From positions 562,717 through 594,716 of the forward strand of contig CAKTSY010000001.1 of assembly GCA_934613415.1 (NCBI GenBank): 32,000 nt of DNA, read 5' to 3'. A model generated the notes under the pieces. It saw nothing but the letters and a program-made list of their open reading frames with translations. It had not been told where the DNA came from and did no database searches. A program made the position numbers and the translations under genes. The DNA comes from an uncultured Opitutales bacterium (GTDB lineage Bacteria > Verrucomicrobiota > Verrucomicrobiia > Opitutales > Intestinicryptomonadaceae). Positions 1 through 8,817 of this stretch are shown here, in pieces (position 1 is the stretch's first letter; every line of letters begins with the position of its first letter).

Positions 1-18
1 ATATAGACAAAAGTTTCT

Positions 19-36
19 ACATTTGCCGGCAAATGT
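19..36 (-). terminator. Possible terminator hairpin downstream of the ppx-like gene
   Basis: Perfect palindrome ACATTTGCC/GGCAAATGT just past the stop codon at 42-44. Only a weak T-run follows on the minus strand. Confidence 0.35.
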
Positions 37-41
37 CAAAA

Positions 42-938
42 TCAAAAAAAGCCCCTAAAATGCTCCATACACATACCCCATCTTAGGCTTTTCCGGGTAT
101 AGTATATTTTATCGGCGTCGAAATACTCTAGGGCTGCCAATATGCAAGTAAAAGCCGCAGCAATTATGTCGGAACGCGCGGGCTCTATCCCGTATTTTTC
201 GGAACGCTCTTTTGCCGAAGAAGCCGCAATTTTCTTTAGCGCAAATTTAAGCTGCCCAAGCTCTAACGGCGAACCGTTTGGTGTTTTTTGCATTAAGCGC
301 GCGGCAGCCACCGCTCCGCCCGTGGCTATAACACATCTGTTGTGCGACTTAAAGTTTGCAGCTTTAAGCTGGGCTAGGCAATAGTCGTTTATCTTTAAAA
401 TAGTTTCCTCTAAAACGGGCATTTGAGGGTTTTTTATAAACTTTTTTGTAAGCCTTACCGCCCCTATGGGTATAGACACCGCCTTTTCGGGCTTTCCGTT
501 TTCGCAATAACCGCATTCCATACTGCCGCCGCCTAGGTCGAAAAACACGCATTTGTCGAATTTTGGCAGCGCAGAATCCGACAACGCTCCCGACATAGAA
601 AGCATTGCCTCGGTTTGCCCCGAAATTATGTTTATTTTAACGCCGCACTTGTCGTAAATATACCTGCAAATTTCGTCGGCATTTTGCGCCCCCCTTAATG
701 CGGAAGTAGCGCACGCAATTATGTCGAAACTTTCGCTCTCTTTTTTTGCAAGCTCTATAAAATCGCAAATTGCTTGAACGATAAGCTCTTTTGCGTTGCC
801 TACAAGCCCGTTTTTGCCGCAAATTCTAAAATTGGCGGTATTCGTAAAAATTTCCCTAATAGACAGCTGCGCCTTTTTTGCAAACAGACACTTTATTGTG
901 TTCGAGCCTATGTCTATAGCCAATACATATTCGTTCAT
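42..938 (-). CDS. Ppx/GppA-family phosphatase (exopolyphosphatase / pppGpp phosphohydrolase-like, short ~300 aa form)
   Basis: 298-aa ORF. The N-terminus LAIDIGSNTIKCL and a later DLGGGS motif are typical ASKHA/Ppx-GppA phosphate-binding motifs. The start overlaps the rsmI stop by 4 nt. Confidence 0.8.
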   Translation of the reverse strand: MNEYVLAIDIGSNTIKCLFAKKAQLSIREIFTNTANFRICGKNGLVGNAKELIVQAICDFIELAKKESESFDIIACATSALRGAQNADEICRYIYDKCGVKINIISGQTEAMLSMSGALSDSALPKFDKCVFFDLGGGSMECGYCENGKPEKAVSIPIGAVRLTKKFIKNPQMPVLEETILKINDYCLAQLKAANFKSHNRCVIATGGAVAAARLMQKTPNGSPLELGQLKFALKKIAASSAKERSEKYGIEPARSDIIAAAFTCILAALEYFDADKIYYTRKSLRWGMCMEHFRGFF

Positions 939-1618
939 ATTTGGTATCCTTCGGGTGCAATTATAACCACAAATTCGCCCTTAACCGCGCTTTTTAAAAG
1001 CTCTTGGCGCACGCTTTCTATTGTGCCCGTAAAAAAGCGTTCGTGCATTTTTGTAAGCTCTTTTGCTATGCAAATTGCACGGTTGGGGCCAAAAACTTCA
1101 AGGGCGTCGTCTACAAACTTGGTTATTCTGTGCACCGATTCGTAGAATATTAGCGTGTGTTCGCTATTGGCATATTTTGTAAAGCACGCAATTCTTGCCG
1201 AAGTTTTTGGCGGCAAAAAGCCCAAAAACAAAAAGGCGTTTGTGGGCAACCCCGATGCGCTTAGGGCTGTTGTAAAGGCGCAAGGCCCCGTAAGCGGCAC
1301 AACATTAATTTGGTTTTTGCGGCACAAGCGCACAATTCTAAACCCCGGATCGCTTATGCAGGGGGTTCCGGCGTCGGAAACCAAAGCTACGTTTTTGCCC
1401 GCCTGCAATTTTTGCAAAAGATAGTCGGCATTGGCAACTTCGCGCACGTCGGAATATACAACAAATTCTTTCGAAACCCCCAAATGCGCGGTAAGTTTTG
1501 AAGAAACCCTGGTGTCTTCGCAGGCTACAATGTCGCATTCGCGGATTGTTTTTGCCGCCCTTTCCGACAGGTCTTCAAGGTTGCCTATAGGTGTAGGTAC
1601 AATAAAAAGCGTTCCCAT
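935..1618 (-). CDS. rsmI: 16S rRNA (cytidine1402-2'-O)-methyltransferase RsmI
   Basis: 227 aa. N-terminus GTLFIVPTPIGNLEDLS...ACEDTR is characteristic of the RsmI tetrapyrrole-methylase fold. Confidence 0.9.
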   Translation of the reverse strand: MGTLFIVPTPIGNLEDLSERAAKTIRECDIVACEDTRVSSKLTAHLGVSKEFVVYSDVREVANADYLLQKLQAGKNVALVSDAGTPCISDPGFRIVRLCRKNQINVVPLTGPCAFTTALSASGLPTNAFLFLGFLPPKTSARIACFTKYANSEHTLIFYESVHRITKFVDDALEVFGPNRAICIAKELTKMHERFFTGTIESVRQELLKSAVKGEFVVIIAPEGYQI

Positions 1619-1623
1619 AATCT

Positions 1624-2106
1624 TTACATTTCGTATTTTGCAAATATTTCGCTTTTAGGCAAAACTTTTATTATTTCGCGCTCGAAAGGAAAGGCCTCGG
1701 CAAAAGTTTGGTCGTTGCAAAAATCCCTTAGGGGGACATATACAAACTGCCTTTCCTTCCACTGCGCGTGCGGAATTTTTAAAGACTGCATATTTATGCG
1801 CGTTTCGCCGTAAAAAATTATGTCTAAATCTATCGGGCGCGGCGCGTTCCTAAAAGTGTTAACGCGCCCCATTTTTTTCTCTATTTGCTTTAAGAAGCAA
1901 AGCAACTCGAAAGGCGCGCATAGCGTAGTTCCAAAAACCGCCCCGTTAAGGAAATCGCCCTGGTCTAGGTAGCCTACGGGCTTTGTTTCGTATATGCGCG
2001 ACTTTTTTAAAACTCCTACCTTTTCGGATAACGCCGCAAGCGTGTTTTGCAAATTTGCAAGCCTGTCGCCCATATTCGAGCCCATTGCTATTACGCAGTA
2101 TGTCAT
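1624..2106 (-). CDS. folK: 2-amino-4-hydroxy-6-hydroxymethyldihydropteridine pyrophosphokinase (HPPK)
   Basis: 160 aa. IAMGSNMGDR start and RPIDLDIIFYG motif. Overlaps the folB stop by 4 nt. Confidence 0.9.
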   Translation of the reverse strand: MTYCVIAMGSNMGDRLANLQNTLAALSEKVGVLKKSRIYETKPVGYLDQGDFLNGAVFGTTLCAPFELLCFLKQIEKKMGRVNTFRNAPRPIDLDIIFYGETRINMQSLKIPHAQWKERQFVYVPLRDFCNDQTFAEAFPFEREIIKVLPKSEIFAKYEM

Positions 2107-2465
2107 TGCCTATGCCTGTTTATTTTTACCGCAATTTTCGAAAGCCCGAAATTTTTTTCGCATAAAAGTTTGCGCAGCTGCAGTTCAATGCTCTGAATTT
2201 TGTCGAAATTAAAAAACAAATCCTGCGCGATTTTTTCGGCAAGGCTTTCTATTAAATTGTATCTGGTATTTGCAACGGTTTGCCTTACGCATTCTATAAC
2301 GCTAGGGTAGTCTACACTGTCAGAAAGCGAGTCGCTTTTTGCGCATTTGCCGAAATCGAAACCGAGTTTTAGCGATACGTTAAAATCCTGCGCGTGCAGT
2401 TTTTCCTCTTCGGTGCACCCGCAGCTGCCCGATGCTATAATTCCCTCTAAAATAAGCTCGTCCAT
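2103..2465 (-). CDS. folB: Dihydroneopterin aldolase
   Basis: 120 aa. Size, the EEEK...F.V motif pattern and the position between folP and folK support the call. Confidence 0.8.
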   Translation of the reverse strand: MDELILEGIIASGSCGCTEEEKLHAQDFNVSLKLGFDFGKCAKSDSLSDSVDYPSVIECVRQTVANTRYNLIESLAEKIAQDLFFNFDKIQSIELQLRKLLCEKNFGLSKIAVKINRHRQ

Positions 2466-2471
2466 TTTATG

Positions 2472-3302
2472 CTATTTGTTTTGCAGCAAAAACAAGTCCA
2501 GACAAATTTTTGCCGCCCTTACATTGTGTGTTCTAAAAATATCCGCTCCGCATTTTGCCAGCGCAAAAGCGTAGGCTGCAATAGTCGCAAAATCCAAATC
2601 GCCCAGGTTTAAGCCCGCAACTTTTTTTAGTGTAGACTTTCGCGAAACGCCCAGCAAATGTGGATATTCCAGCTCGGAATAGTCGCATATATTTTTAAGT
2701 ATGTCGATGTTTGTTTCGGCATTTTTGTTAAACCCGAAACCGCAGTCTATAATTATGTCGCTTTTTGGCATACCGCATTCTTGTGCGATTTTGGCGGAAT
2801 CTAAAAGGTCTTTTACAACGTCTTTTGCAAAAGTGCGCGGCTTGTTGTGGGTTATAACAACGGGACACTTAAGCTCGGCACAGGTTTTATACATATTTGT
2901 TTCGTCACGCGCGCAGTCGAAAGCCCCGCCAAAAACATCGTTTACAATGTCGGCTCCTTCGCCTACCGCGTAGCGTGCAACGTCTTCTTTATAGGTATCT
3001 ACCGAAATGCAAATGTCGGGAAAGTTTTTTCTTAAATCCGGCAAAATTTCGGAAAGGCGTTTTACCTCCTCTTCGGCGGAAATTCTAAGCGAGTTGGGCC
3101 TTGTAGATTCGGCCCCCAAATCTATAATTGCAGCCCCCTGCAAAATCATTTCCTCGGCGTGCTTTAACGCCGAAGTTTTGTCGAAATACTTGCCGCCGTC
3201 GGAAAACGAGTCGGGAGTAAAGTTCAATATGCCCATAATTTGGGGCGTATCTAAACTTATAAAGCCCGAGTTGTGCGGCGTTCTAATTTTTAGATTTTTC
3301 AT
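2472..3302 (-). CDS. folP: Dihydropteroate synthase
   Basis: 276 aa. MGILNFTPDSFSDGG signature about 22 aa from the start, as in E. coli FolP. The start overlaps the upstream TPR gene by 20 nt. Confidence 0.92.
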   Translation of the reverse strand: MKNLKIRTPHNSGFISLDTPQIMGILNFTPDSFSDGGKYFDKTSALKHAEEMILQGAAIIDLGAESTRPNSLRISAEEEVKRLSEILPDLRKNFPDICISVDTYKEDVARYAVGEGADIVNDVFGGAFDCARDETNMYKTCAELKCPVVITHNKPRTFAKDVVKDLLDSAKIAQECGMPKSDIIIDCGFGFNKNAETNIDILKNICDYSELEYPHLLGVSRKSTLKKVAGLNLGDLDFATIAAYAFALAKCGADIFRTHNVRAAKICLDLFLLQNK

Positions 3303-4506
3303 CTTTAATATAGTGCGCCAAACTTTCTATGGCGGCATCGTATTTTTGCGAATTAAATTTTGATTTTAAGTCGGTTAAAAGCTGCAATGCCGTTTTGTAG
3401 TCGCCAATTTCGACTGCAATTTTCGCAAGCATTGTAGTTGCGCTTTTATAAAAGGCTTTGTCGAAGGTAGCCTTAGAATAATAATATTGGGCTTTTGAAT
3501 ATTTTTTTTGGGCGTATAAAACATAGCCCATTTGGCACATAATTTCGGCGGTAGGTTCGGCGGTTTGCAAAAACGCGCGCTCAAAAGATTTTTCGGCATT
3601 TTCAAACAAACCTTTGCCGCCATAGGCAATGCCCTTTGCTGTGTTGCCAAAAAATGTGTCGGGCGCAATTTTAAGGGCAATCTCGTATTCGCCGGCTTTT
3701 GCAAGCAAAAGCGAAATTCTGCCAAGCCTTTCGGGCGCAACGGCTTTGCCTGCATTTTTGTATGCGTCTACAGCAAAAGAATACATTTGAAGATTAAAAT
3801 ATAAGTCGCCCATGACGGAGTAGTCGTCGGCGTTTGCAAGGTTTAGGCTTTGCAGGCTTTTTATTGCGGCAAGCGCGTTTTTATAGTCGCCAATTTTCGT
3901 GTAGGCGGCGCACAACATACGCCAGCTTTGCGCATCGCTTTTGTCGAGCAACACAAGCTCTTTTGCCTGAGCTATGCACTTTACGTTTTCGCCCAGTTGC
4001 GAAAGGCAATATAGCCTGTTTTTCTTCAGCAAAATGTCGCTTTCGTCCAGCATTATTGCGTTGTTTAGGGCAAAAAGCGCGCTTAAATAATCGCCGCTTT
4101 GCATATGACAAAGCGCAATGCACTTATACATATCGGCGTCTAGCGAAGATGTTTTTGAAACCTTTGCCGCATACTGCAACGCTGTTTTATAGTCGCCAAC
4201 CTTTGCGCATTCGTAAGTAGCGTTTTTTAAGGCCGCCGTAAATTCGGGCATAATTTTAAGCGCGCGTTCGTAATAGGCAATTGCCCTTTTATGCTCGTTA
4301 TGGCTTGCGCATATATTGCCCATATTAAACAAAATTGCGGGCGAATTTTCGCAATGCTTTTCCATATATTCCAACGCCTCGTTTTTGTCGGCAAATTGAG
4401 CCGCCTTTTTTATAACGGCAGCCTCGCTTGCGTCTATTTTTGGAGAATCGGCAAAAGAGCTAAAAAACGCAAACAGCGCAAAAAGTATAAATGTTATTTT
4501 TTTCAT
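3283..4506 (-). CDS. Secreted tetratricopeptide-repeat protein (TtpD-like last gene of the TonB cluster)
   Basis: 407 aa. N-terminal signal peptide MKKITFILFALFAFFSSFA. Repeated A..Y..AL/G.Y..A TPR-like periodicity. Overlaps the tonB stop by 4 nt. Confidence 0.75.
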   Translation of the reverse strand: MKKITFILFALFAFFSSFADSPKIDASEAAVIKKAAQFADKNEALEYMEKHCENSPAILFNMGNICASHNEHKRAIAYYERALKIMPEFTAALKNATYECAKVGDYKTALQYAAKVSKTSSLDADMYKCIALCHMQSGDYLSALFALNNAIMLDESDILLKKNRLYCLSQLGENVKCIAQAKELVLLDKSDAQSWRMLCAAYTKIGDYKNALAAIKSLQSLNLANADDYSVMGDLYFNLQMYSFAVDAYKNAGKAVAPERLGRISLLLAKAGEYEIALKIAPDTFFGNTAKGIAYGGKGLFENAEKSFERAFLQTAEPTAEIMCQMGYVLYAQKKYSKAQYYYSKATFDKAFYKSATTMLAKIAVEIGDYKTALQLLTDLKSKFNSQKYDAAIESLAHYIKDEKSKN

Positions 4507-5201
4507 TTTAAAATTCTAAATGGAATTGGCAGCGTAAAGCGCGCCCTTACCGGTTTGCCGTTAATTGTGGGGGGTTCGTAGCGCAGTTTTTGCGCGGCAT
4601 AAATTGCCTGTTCGGCAAATTCTGCATAGTCGCTTTTTTCAACTTTTTCTACGCTTAAAAGGCCGTTTTCGTCTATAACCACAACAAGAACAACCGTACC
4701 TTGTATACCCCTTTTTAAAAGATTTTTTGGATAGTTTATTTTAACCGAGTTTAGCCTTTTTGGAATTTTGTCGAGCGAGGCGAGTTCAAAAATTTGCATA
4801 GAATATCTTTTTGCATCGCCCCTTTGCATTGAAAGGCGCAAAGCGTCGGAGTTGTCTGCTGCGTTAAATTCGCCAAAGACCGCATATTTGCCGCTGCTTG
4901 CCAACGAAATTTGCGCCGGCTGCATTTGCATTTTTTGCAGATTTACCTCTAAAGGCGGCGTTTTAAAACTTGCAGTTTTTTCGGCTGCAATGTCGCAAAG
5001 CAACTTGTCTGGCGGCGTTTGTTTTCTTTGCAATGCCTTGGGCTTTTGCGCAATCGAAAACGAAATTCTTTGCTTTTGTTCGGGCTTTGCAACGGGGCTA
5101 GCATTCAGCAAAAGATGCAGCAAAAGCACAAATATAAGCGAAAGAAAAAGCGGTAGCATTCTCTTTAAGCGCATAAAAAGTTTTTGCCTAGACATTTTCA
5201 T
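4503..5201 (-). CDS. tonB: TonB-family energy transducer
   Basis: 232 aa. One N-terminal transmembrane segment, a K/P/Q-rich linker, and a C-terminal TonB domain (YPKNLLKRGIQGTVVLVVVIDENG...YEPPTINGKPV). Confidence 0.85.
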   Translation of the reverse strand: MKMSRQKLFMRLKRMLPLFLSLIFVLLLHLLLNASPVAKPEQKQRISFSIAQKPKALQRKQTPPDKLLCDIAAEKTASFKTPPLEVNLQKMQMQPAQISLASSGKYAVFGEFNAADNSDALRLSMQRGDAKRYSMQIFELASLDKIPKRLNSVKINYPKNLLKRGIQGTVVLVVVIDENGLLSVEKVEKSDYAEFAEQAIYAAQKLRYEPPTINGKPVRARFTLPIPFRILK

Positions 5202-5599
5202 TTTTGCTTTTCGGCAAGCACAAACACGTCTTTTATGCCGACCCTTTTTGCGGCGTCCATTAAGGCCACCAATTCGCGCACGTTTGCCGAAGAATCTGCA
5301 TCTATCAGCAAAACGGGGGTTTCTTTGGCTTTTTTAGCCAACTGCTTTTCTATAAAGGCCAATTTTTGCTCTTTGGAATTTAGGTAGTAGCGACCCAGTT
5401 TGTCTATTAAAACCGTAATTTTGCCGCCTTTGGGCTGCTGGGCTTCGGTGGCTACGGGGCTTTCTATTTGCAGCGCGCTTTTGCGCGAAAACGCCGTTGC
5501 CACCGCAAAAAATATCAGCAAAATAAACATTACGTCTATAAGCGGCGAAATGTTTATTTCGCTATCGTTTAATGGCTCGTCTAAATCGCGGCGTCTCAT
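5198..5599 (-). CDS. exbD: ExbD/TolR biopolymer transport protein
   Basis: 133 aa. EINISPLIDVMFILLIFF transmembrane motif typical of ExbD/TolR. Confidence 0.9.
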   Translation of the reverse strand: MRRRDLDEPLNDSEINISPLIDVMFILLIFFAVATAFSRKSALQIESPVATEAQQPKGGKITVLIDKLGRYYLNSKEQKLAFIEKQLAKKAKETPVLLIDADSSANVRELVALMDAAKRVGIKDVFVLAEKQK

Positions 5600-6078
5600 A
5601 ATGCACCCCCGTTTTTTTTGCGGGGCAAAGCCGCATTTTGCAAATTACCGGCCAAGCGCGTTTTTAAATATTTTGCGCAAAAAACGAACACGAACGACGG
5701 CAGCGACAATACCAAACCCGCCTGCGTTGTAAGCAATGCCTTTGAAACACCAAGGGCAACAATGTCGTAGCTACCCGAGTTCGACACAAAGCAAATTTCC
5801 ATACCCAAAACAGTGCCCAACAAACCCAACAGCGGCAACGCCGCCGCCAATGCCGCCGCCAATTTAAGCTTTAAATTTACGGCCTTAAAATATGCAAAAT
5901 ATTTATTTTGCAAACTCCCAAATTCTTCGCTTATGCCCAATTTTTGCACGCTTTTATTTTTGGAATACAACTCTAATATTAGCGAAAATAAAATGTTGTA
6001 TAGAACAACCGCCACCGCAAGCATTGCGTAGGCCACAACACCCGAAGTTTCGAAATAATAGGCAAACGAATTTTGCAT
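5596..6078 (-). CDS. exbB: MotA/TolQ/ExbB proton-channel protein (short form)
   Basis: 160 aa. LPLLGLLGTVLGM and ALLTTQAGLVLSLP motifs. Confidence 0.88.
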   Translation of the reverse strand: MQNSFAYYFETSGVVAYAMLAVAVVLYNILFSLILELYSKNKSVQKLGISEEFGSLQNKYFAYFKAVNLKLKLAAALAAALPLLGLLGTVLGMEICFVSNSGSYDIVALGVSKALLTTQAGLVLSLPSFVFVFCAKYLKTRLAGNLQNAALPRKKNGGAL

Positions 6079-6081
6079 TCG

Positions 6082-7110
6082 TTAATTTCCCTTTTTGTTA
6101 AAGTAAAGCTCAAATGCCGCCGATATTTGCCGCATATTTGCCGAAACCGTTTTTGCCCTGCGCGAAATTACCGCAAAAACTATGTACGACGGAATTGCCA
6201 AAACCAGGCCGAATTCGGTTGTAATTAAAGCTTCGCCTATGCCGCCGCCAAGCATATCGGCATTTACACCGCCGTATAACGACAACGCCGAAAAGGTTTT
6301 TATTATTCCCGTTATAGTACCCAAAAGCCCCAACAGCGGCGCAACCGAAGCGGTAATTGAAACTATCGGCAAAAACGAGCACAACTTTGAATTGCCTTCA
6401 AATTCCAGCGCATACGCCTTTTCAATAACATAGTCTTTGCCGAAAGATACGCTTTCGAGCAAATCGCACGCAAATTTTGCGTAAAATTTCGGCAGATTTT
6501 CTGCGGCTTTTTGCGCCGATTGCAAGTCGCCTTTTTTTAGACTTTCGGAAAGCGCGTTTACTAATTCGCCTTTTATGCCGCCAACAGAATATATGCGTAT
6601 TGCAGAATATAGCGCGGCAAAAAACGCCAAAACCGCAAAGAAAGCTATTGGGTAAACCCATATGCCGCCGCGTTCGAATTTTTCGGCAAACGACATGGGC
6701 TTTTCGTCGGCAAACTTGCCCGCGCTTAAATCTATGCAAACGCCGCTTTTTTGCGCTGAATTTTCGCCCGTGGCATATAGATATTTTTGCGGAAACCGCG
6801 AAAGCTTTTCAAAATTGGCCGCGCCGTTTTTTAGATCGAAAACAACGGCATCTAAAGCGTCTAGCTGCTGCAAAGTTTTTTCTATTCGGCTTTCAAGCTC
6901 GGCATTTTGCCCCGACAAAAAATCTAAATTTGGAGTTTTGTTGTCGTTTAACTGCGCTTTTAAGGAATCTATCTTTTTATATGCTTCGTCTTCGCGTTGC
7001 GACAAACTTGCCATTGTTTTTTCGAAACTTTGCGCGGTTGTGTGCTGCGTTTTTGCAACGCCGCTTTGCAAAAAGCAAAGGCAAAAAAGTATGTATAGAA
7101 CAATTTTCAT
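6082..7110 (-). CDS. MotA/TolQ/ExbB-family protein with a long periplasmic N-terminal extension (TtpC-like)
   Basis: 342 aa. Signal peptide, coiled-coil-like N-terminal half, and C-terminal APLLGLLGTITGII...ALITTEFGLVLAIP channel motifs. Confidence 0.85.
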   Translation of the reverse strand: MKIVLYILFCLCFLQSGVAKTQHTTAQSFEKTMASLSQREDEAYKKIDSLKAQLNDNKTPNLDFLSGQNAELESRIEKTLQQLDALDAVVFDLKNGAANFEKLSRFPQKYLYATGENSAQKSGVCIDLSAGKFADEKPMSFAEKFERGGIWVYPIAFFAVLAFFAALYSAIRIYSVGGIKGELVNALSESLKKGDLQSAQKAAENLPKFYAKFACDLLESVSFGKDYVIEKAYALEFEGNSKLCSFLPIVSITASVAPLLGLLGTITGIIKTFSALSLYGGVNADMLGGGIGEALITTEFGLVLAIPSYIVFAVISRRAKTVSANMRQISAAFELYFNKKGN

Positions 7111-7805
7111 TTGCTTTGCTCCAAATATACGGGGGTAATTTTCGCCGCGTTTTGCGCCATATCAAAAAGCCTTTTAATGCTTGCGTCTTTAATTTCTACC
7201 GGAGTTTTGCCGCTCATTTTGCCGCACTCTTTTGTAGACAAAATTTGATAAAAGCTACAGCTTAGACCGAAGGTTAAAAACTTTGCAGCCTTGCCGTTTA
7301 GGGGATACTCGTATAGCTTATATTCTTTAGAATCTGCACAAATGCTTTCTAAAAACGCAATTTTGCGCGAAATTGCCGAAACGCCGGAGCCTGCAATTTG
7401 CGCTTTGTTTGCCTTTGCAGAATATATTTCGTTTAGCGGATAGGGCAAAGTTTTTACATATTCGGCGCACTCGGCAAAAATTTTTTCGACTGCGTTTGTA
7501 AGGATTTGCAACTGCTTTTTGTTGTTTTCCACTTTTTCTAGCAAAAGTTTTTCCGCATTTTTTGCCTTGGCGTTTTCGGATTGTTTCGCATTTAGCAACT
7601 TTTGCATAGCCGCAATTTGCGCGTTTAACGCTTCAAGCCTTGAAGTTAGTTCAACAATCTTTTCCTTTGCCAACAATTCGGTTTTGGCAACGGCAATTTC
7701 CGACTCTACATTTTTTGCGGAATGCTCGAAAAGCGTTTGCGCGCTTTCGCCCAAAAGCGAATGGCAGGCAAGGCAAAGGCAAAATGTGGCAAACAAAGCT
7801 TTCAT
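7107..7805 (-). CDS. Secreted coiled-coil protein, DUF3450-like (TtpB-like first gene of TonB2-type clusters)
   Basis: 232 aa. Signal peptide, a heptad-rich K/E/L/A N-terminal half, and a position directly upstream of the long ExbB paralogue. Confidence 0.6.
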   Translation of the reverse strand: MKALFATFCLCLACHSLLGESAQTLFEHSAKNVESEIAVAKTELLAKEKIVELTSRLEALNAQIAAMQKLLNAKQSENAKAKNAEKLLLEKVENNKKQLQILTNAVEKIFAECAEYVKTLPYPLNEIYSAKANKAQIAGSGVSAISRKIAFLESICADSKEYKLYEYPLNGKAAKFLTFGLSCSFYQILSTKECGKMSGKTPVEIKDASIKRLFDMAQNAAKITPVYLEQSK

Positions 7806-7808
7806 TTG

Positions 7809-8804
7809 CTAGAACAATATTTTTAAGCTTGCATACGAGTAGCACCGCAACGAGCCCTTTTGGTTTTCAAATTCGTCGCTTTGAATCATAAAAGTGTAGT
7901 CTAGCTGAATATAATCGTAGCGCAAAGAGGCGCCGAAACGCGCAGTTCCTACCACATATTCTTTTTCCACACTGCGGGGACTATGCCTAAAGGCGTTGCC
8001 GTCTAAAGTGATATCGTAGCCTACAACTTGGCCTGTCGCCCCCGCAAAAAGATAGGCGTGCCAATTTGCGCCGTTTGTTTTTGCAATGCCAACGTCTTGA
8101 GAATTACTATAGTCTATGCAGCCTGAATCGAAAGAATTGGGCAAATTGTAGCCGAACCTAAGCAGAATGTCGGCTTGCCCCGAAACTTTTATGTTGCCCA
8201 AGTTTGCAGAACACGAGGCTACAACGTCGCCCCCGAACGAGCCTTTTTGTATTTTATAAACCCTTTCGGCGTGGCGGTAGTTAAACAAAAATGCGGGCTC
8301 TGTTTCTATTTGGTTGTGCCAGCCCATTGGCCATTTGGCTTCGGTGTTTATGCTGTGCACAAATTTTTGGGTTGCTTCGGCAAACGAGTATTTGCCCGTA
8401 AGGCCAATATTAAGCCCGAAGCTGTCCAGCGAATTTTCGCGCATTATGTGCGATGTTGCAAAAAAATACAGCAATCCGCAATAGGGTCTGTCGTCGGCTG
8501 GCGGGTTCGGATCGCTAATATCGTAGCCTACATACATTCCCTGCCCAAAGCCTGCGGTTTGAAATTTTTGCGTCTTTGAATTTTCGTCTATAAAAAGTTC
8601 CAACAACTTAAACTGCAGTTTGTTTGCAAGCCAGTCCGAGCCGTTGTCGGTATACGAAAGCCTTACGCCGTTGGTATAGTAGCGGTCGGTAAAGCCCAAA
8701 TCGTTTTCGAAGTCTAACGCCAAAACCGATTTGTATTGCTTTTCTTCGGCAAAAACCGATATTGGCAAAAGTACAAAAAATAAAGCTGCATTTAACCACT
8801 TCAT
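7809..8804 (-). CDS. Outer-membrane protein of the LpxR / DUF2219 (lipid A deacylase-like) family
   Basis: 331 aa. Signal peptide, LDFENDLGFTDRYYTNGVRLSY motif as I remember for DUF2219/LpxR, and a beta-barrel-like alternating pattern ending in aromatic F. Confidence 0.55.
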   Translation of the reverse strand: MKWLNAALFFVLLPISVFAEEKQYKSVLALDFENDLGFTDRYYTNGVRLSYTDNGSDWLANKLQFKLLELFIDENSKTQKFQTAGFGQGMYVGYDISDPNPPADDRPYCGLLYFFATSHIMRENSLDSFGLNIGLTGKYSFAEATQKFVHSINTEAKWPMGWHNQIETEPAFLFNYRHAERVYKIQKGSFGGDVVASCSANLGNIKVSGQADILLRFGYNLPNSFDSGCIDYSNSQDVGIAKTNGANWHAYLFAGATGQVVGYDITLDGNAFRHSPRSVEKEYVVGTARFGASLRYDYIQLDYTFMIQSDEFENQKGSLRCYSYASLKILF

Positions 8805-8817
8805 AATACGCGACTAT

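Noticed and set aside
6477-7265. Long antisense ORFs. Examples: 6477-7265 plus (262 aa), 20934-21587 plus (217 aa), 22697-23266 minus (189 aa), 12199-12780 plus (193 aa), 14278-14811 plus (177 aa), 9574-10110 plus (178 aa).
   Set aside because: Each lies fully opposite a gene with a strong family signature. The products are Arg/Lys/Phe/Ser-rich low-complexity translations typical of the reverse strand of real genes, and none has motifs or start-site context.
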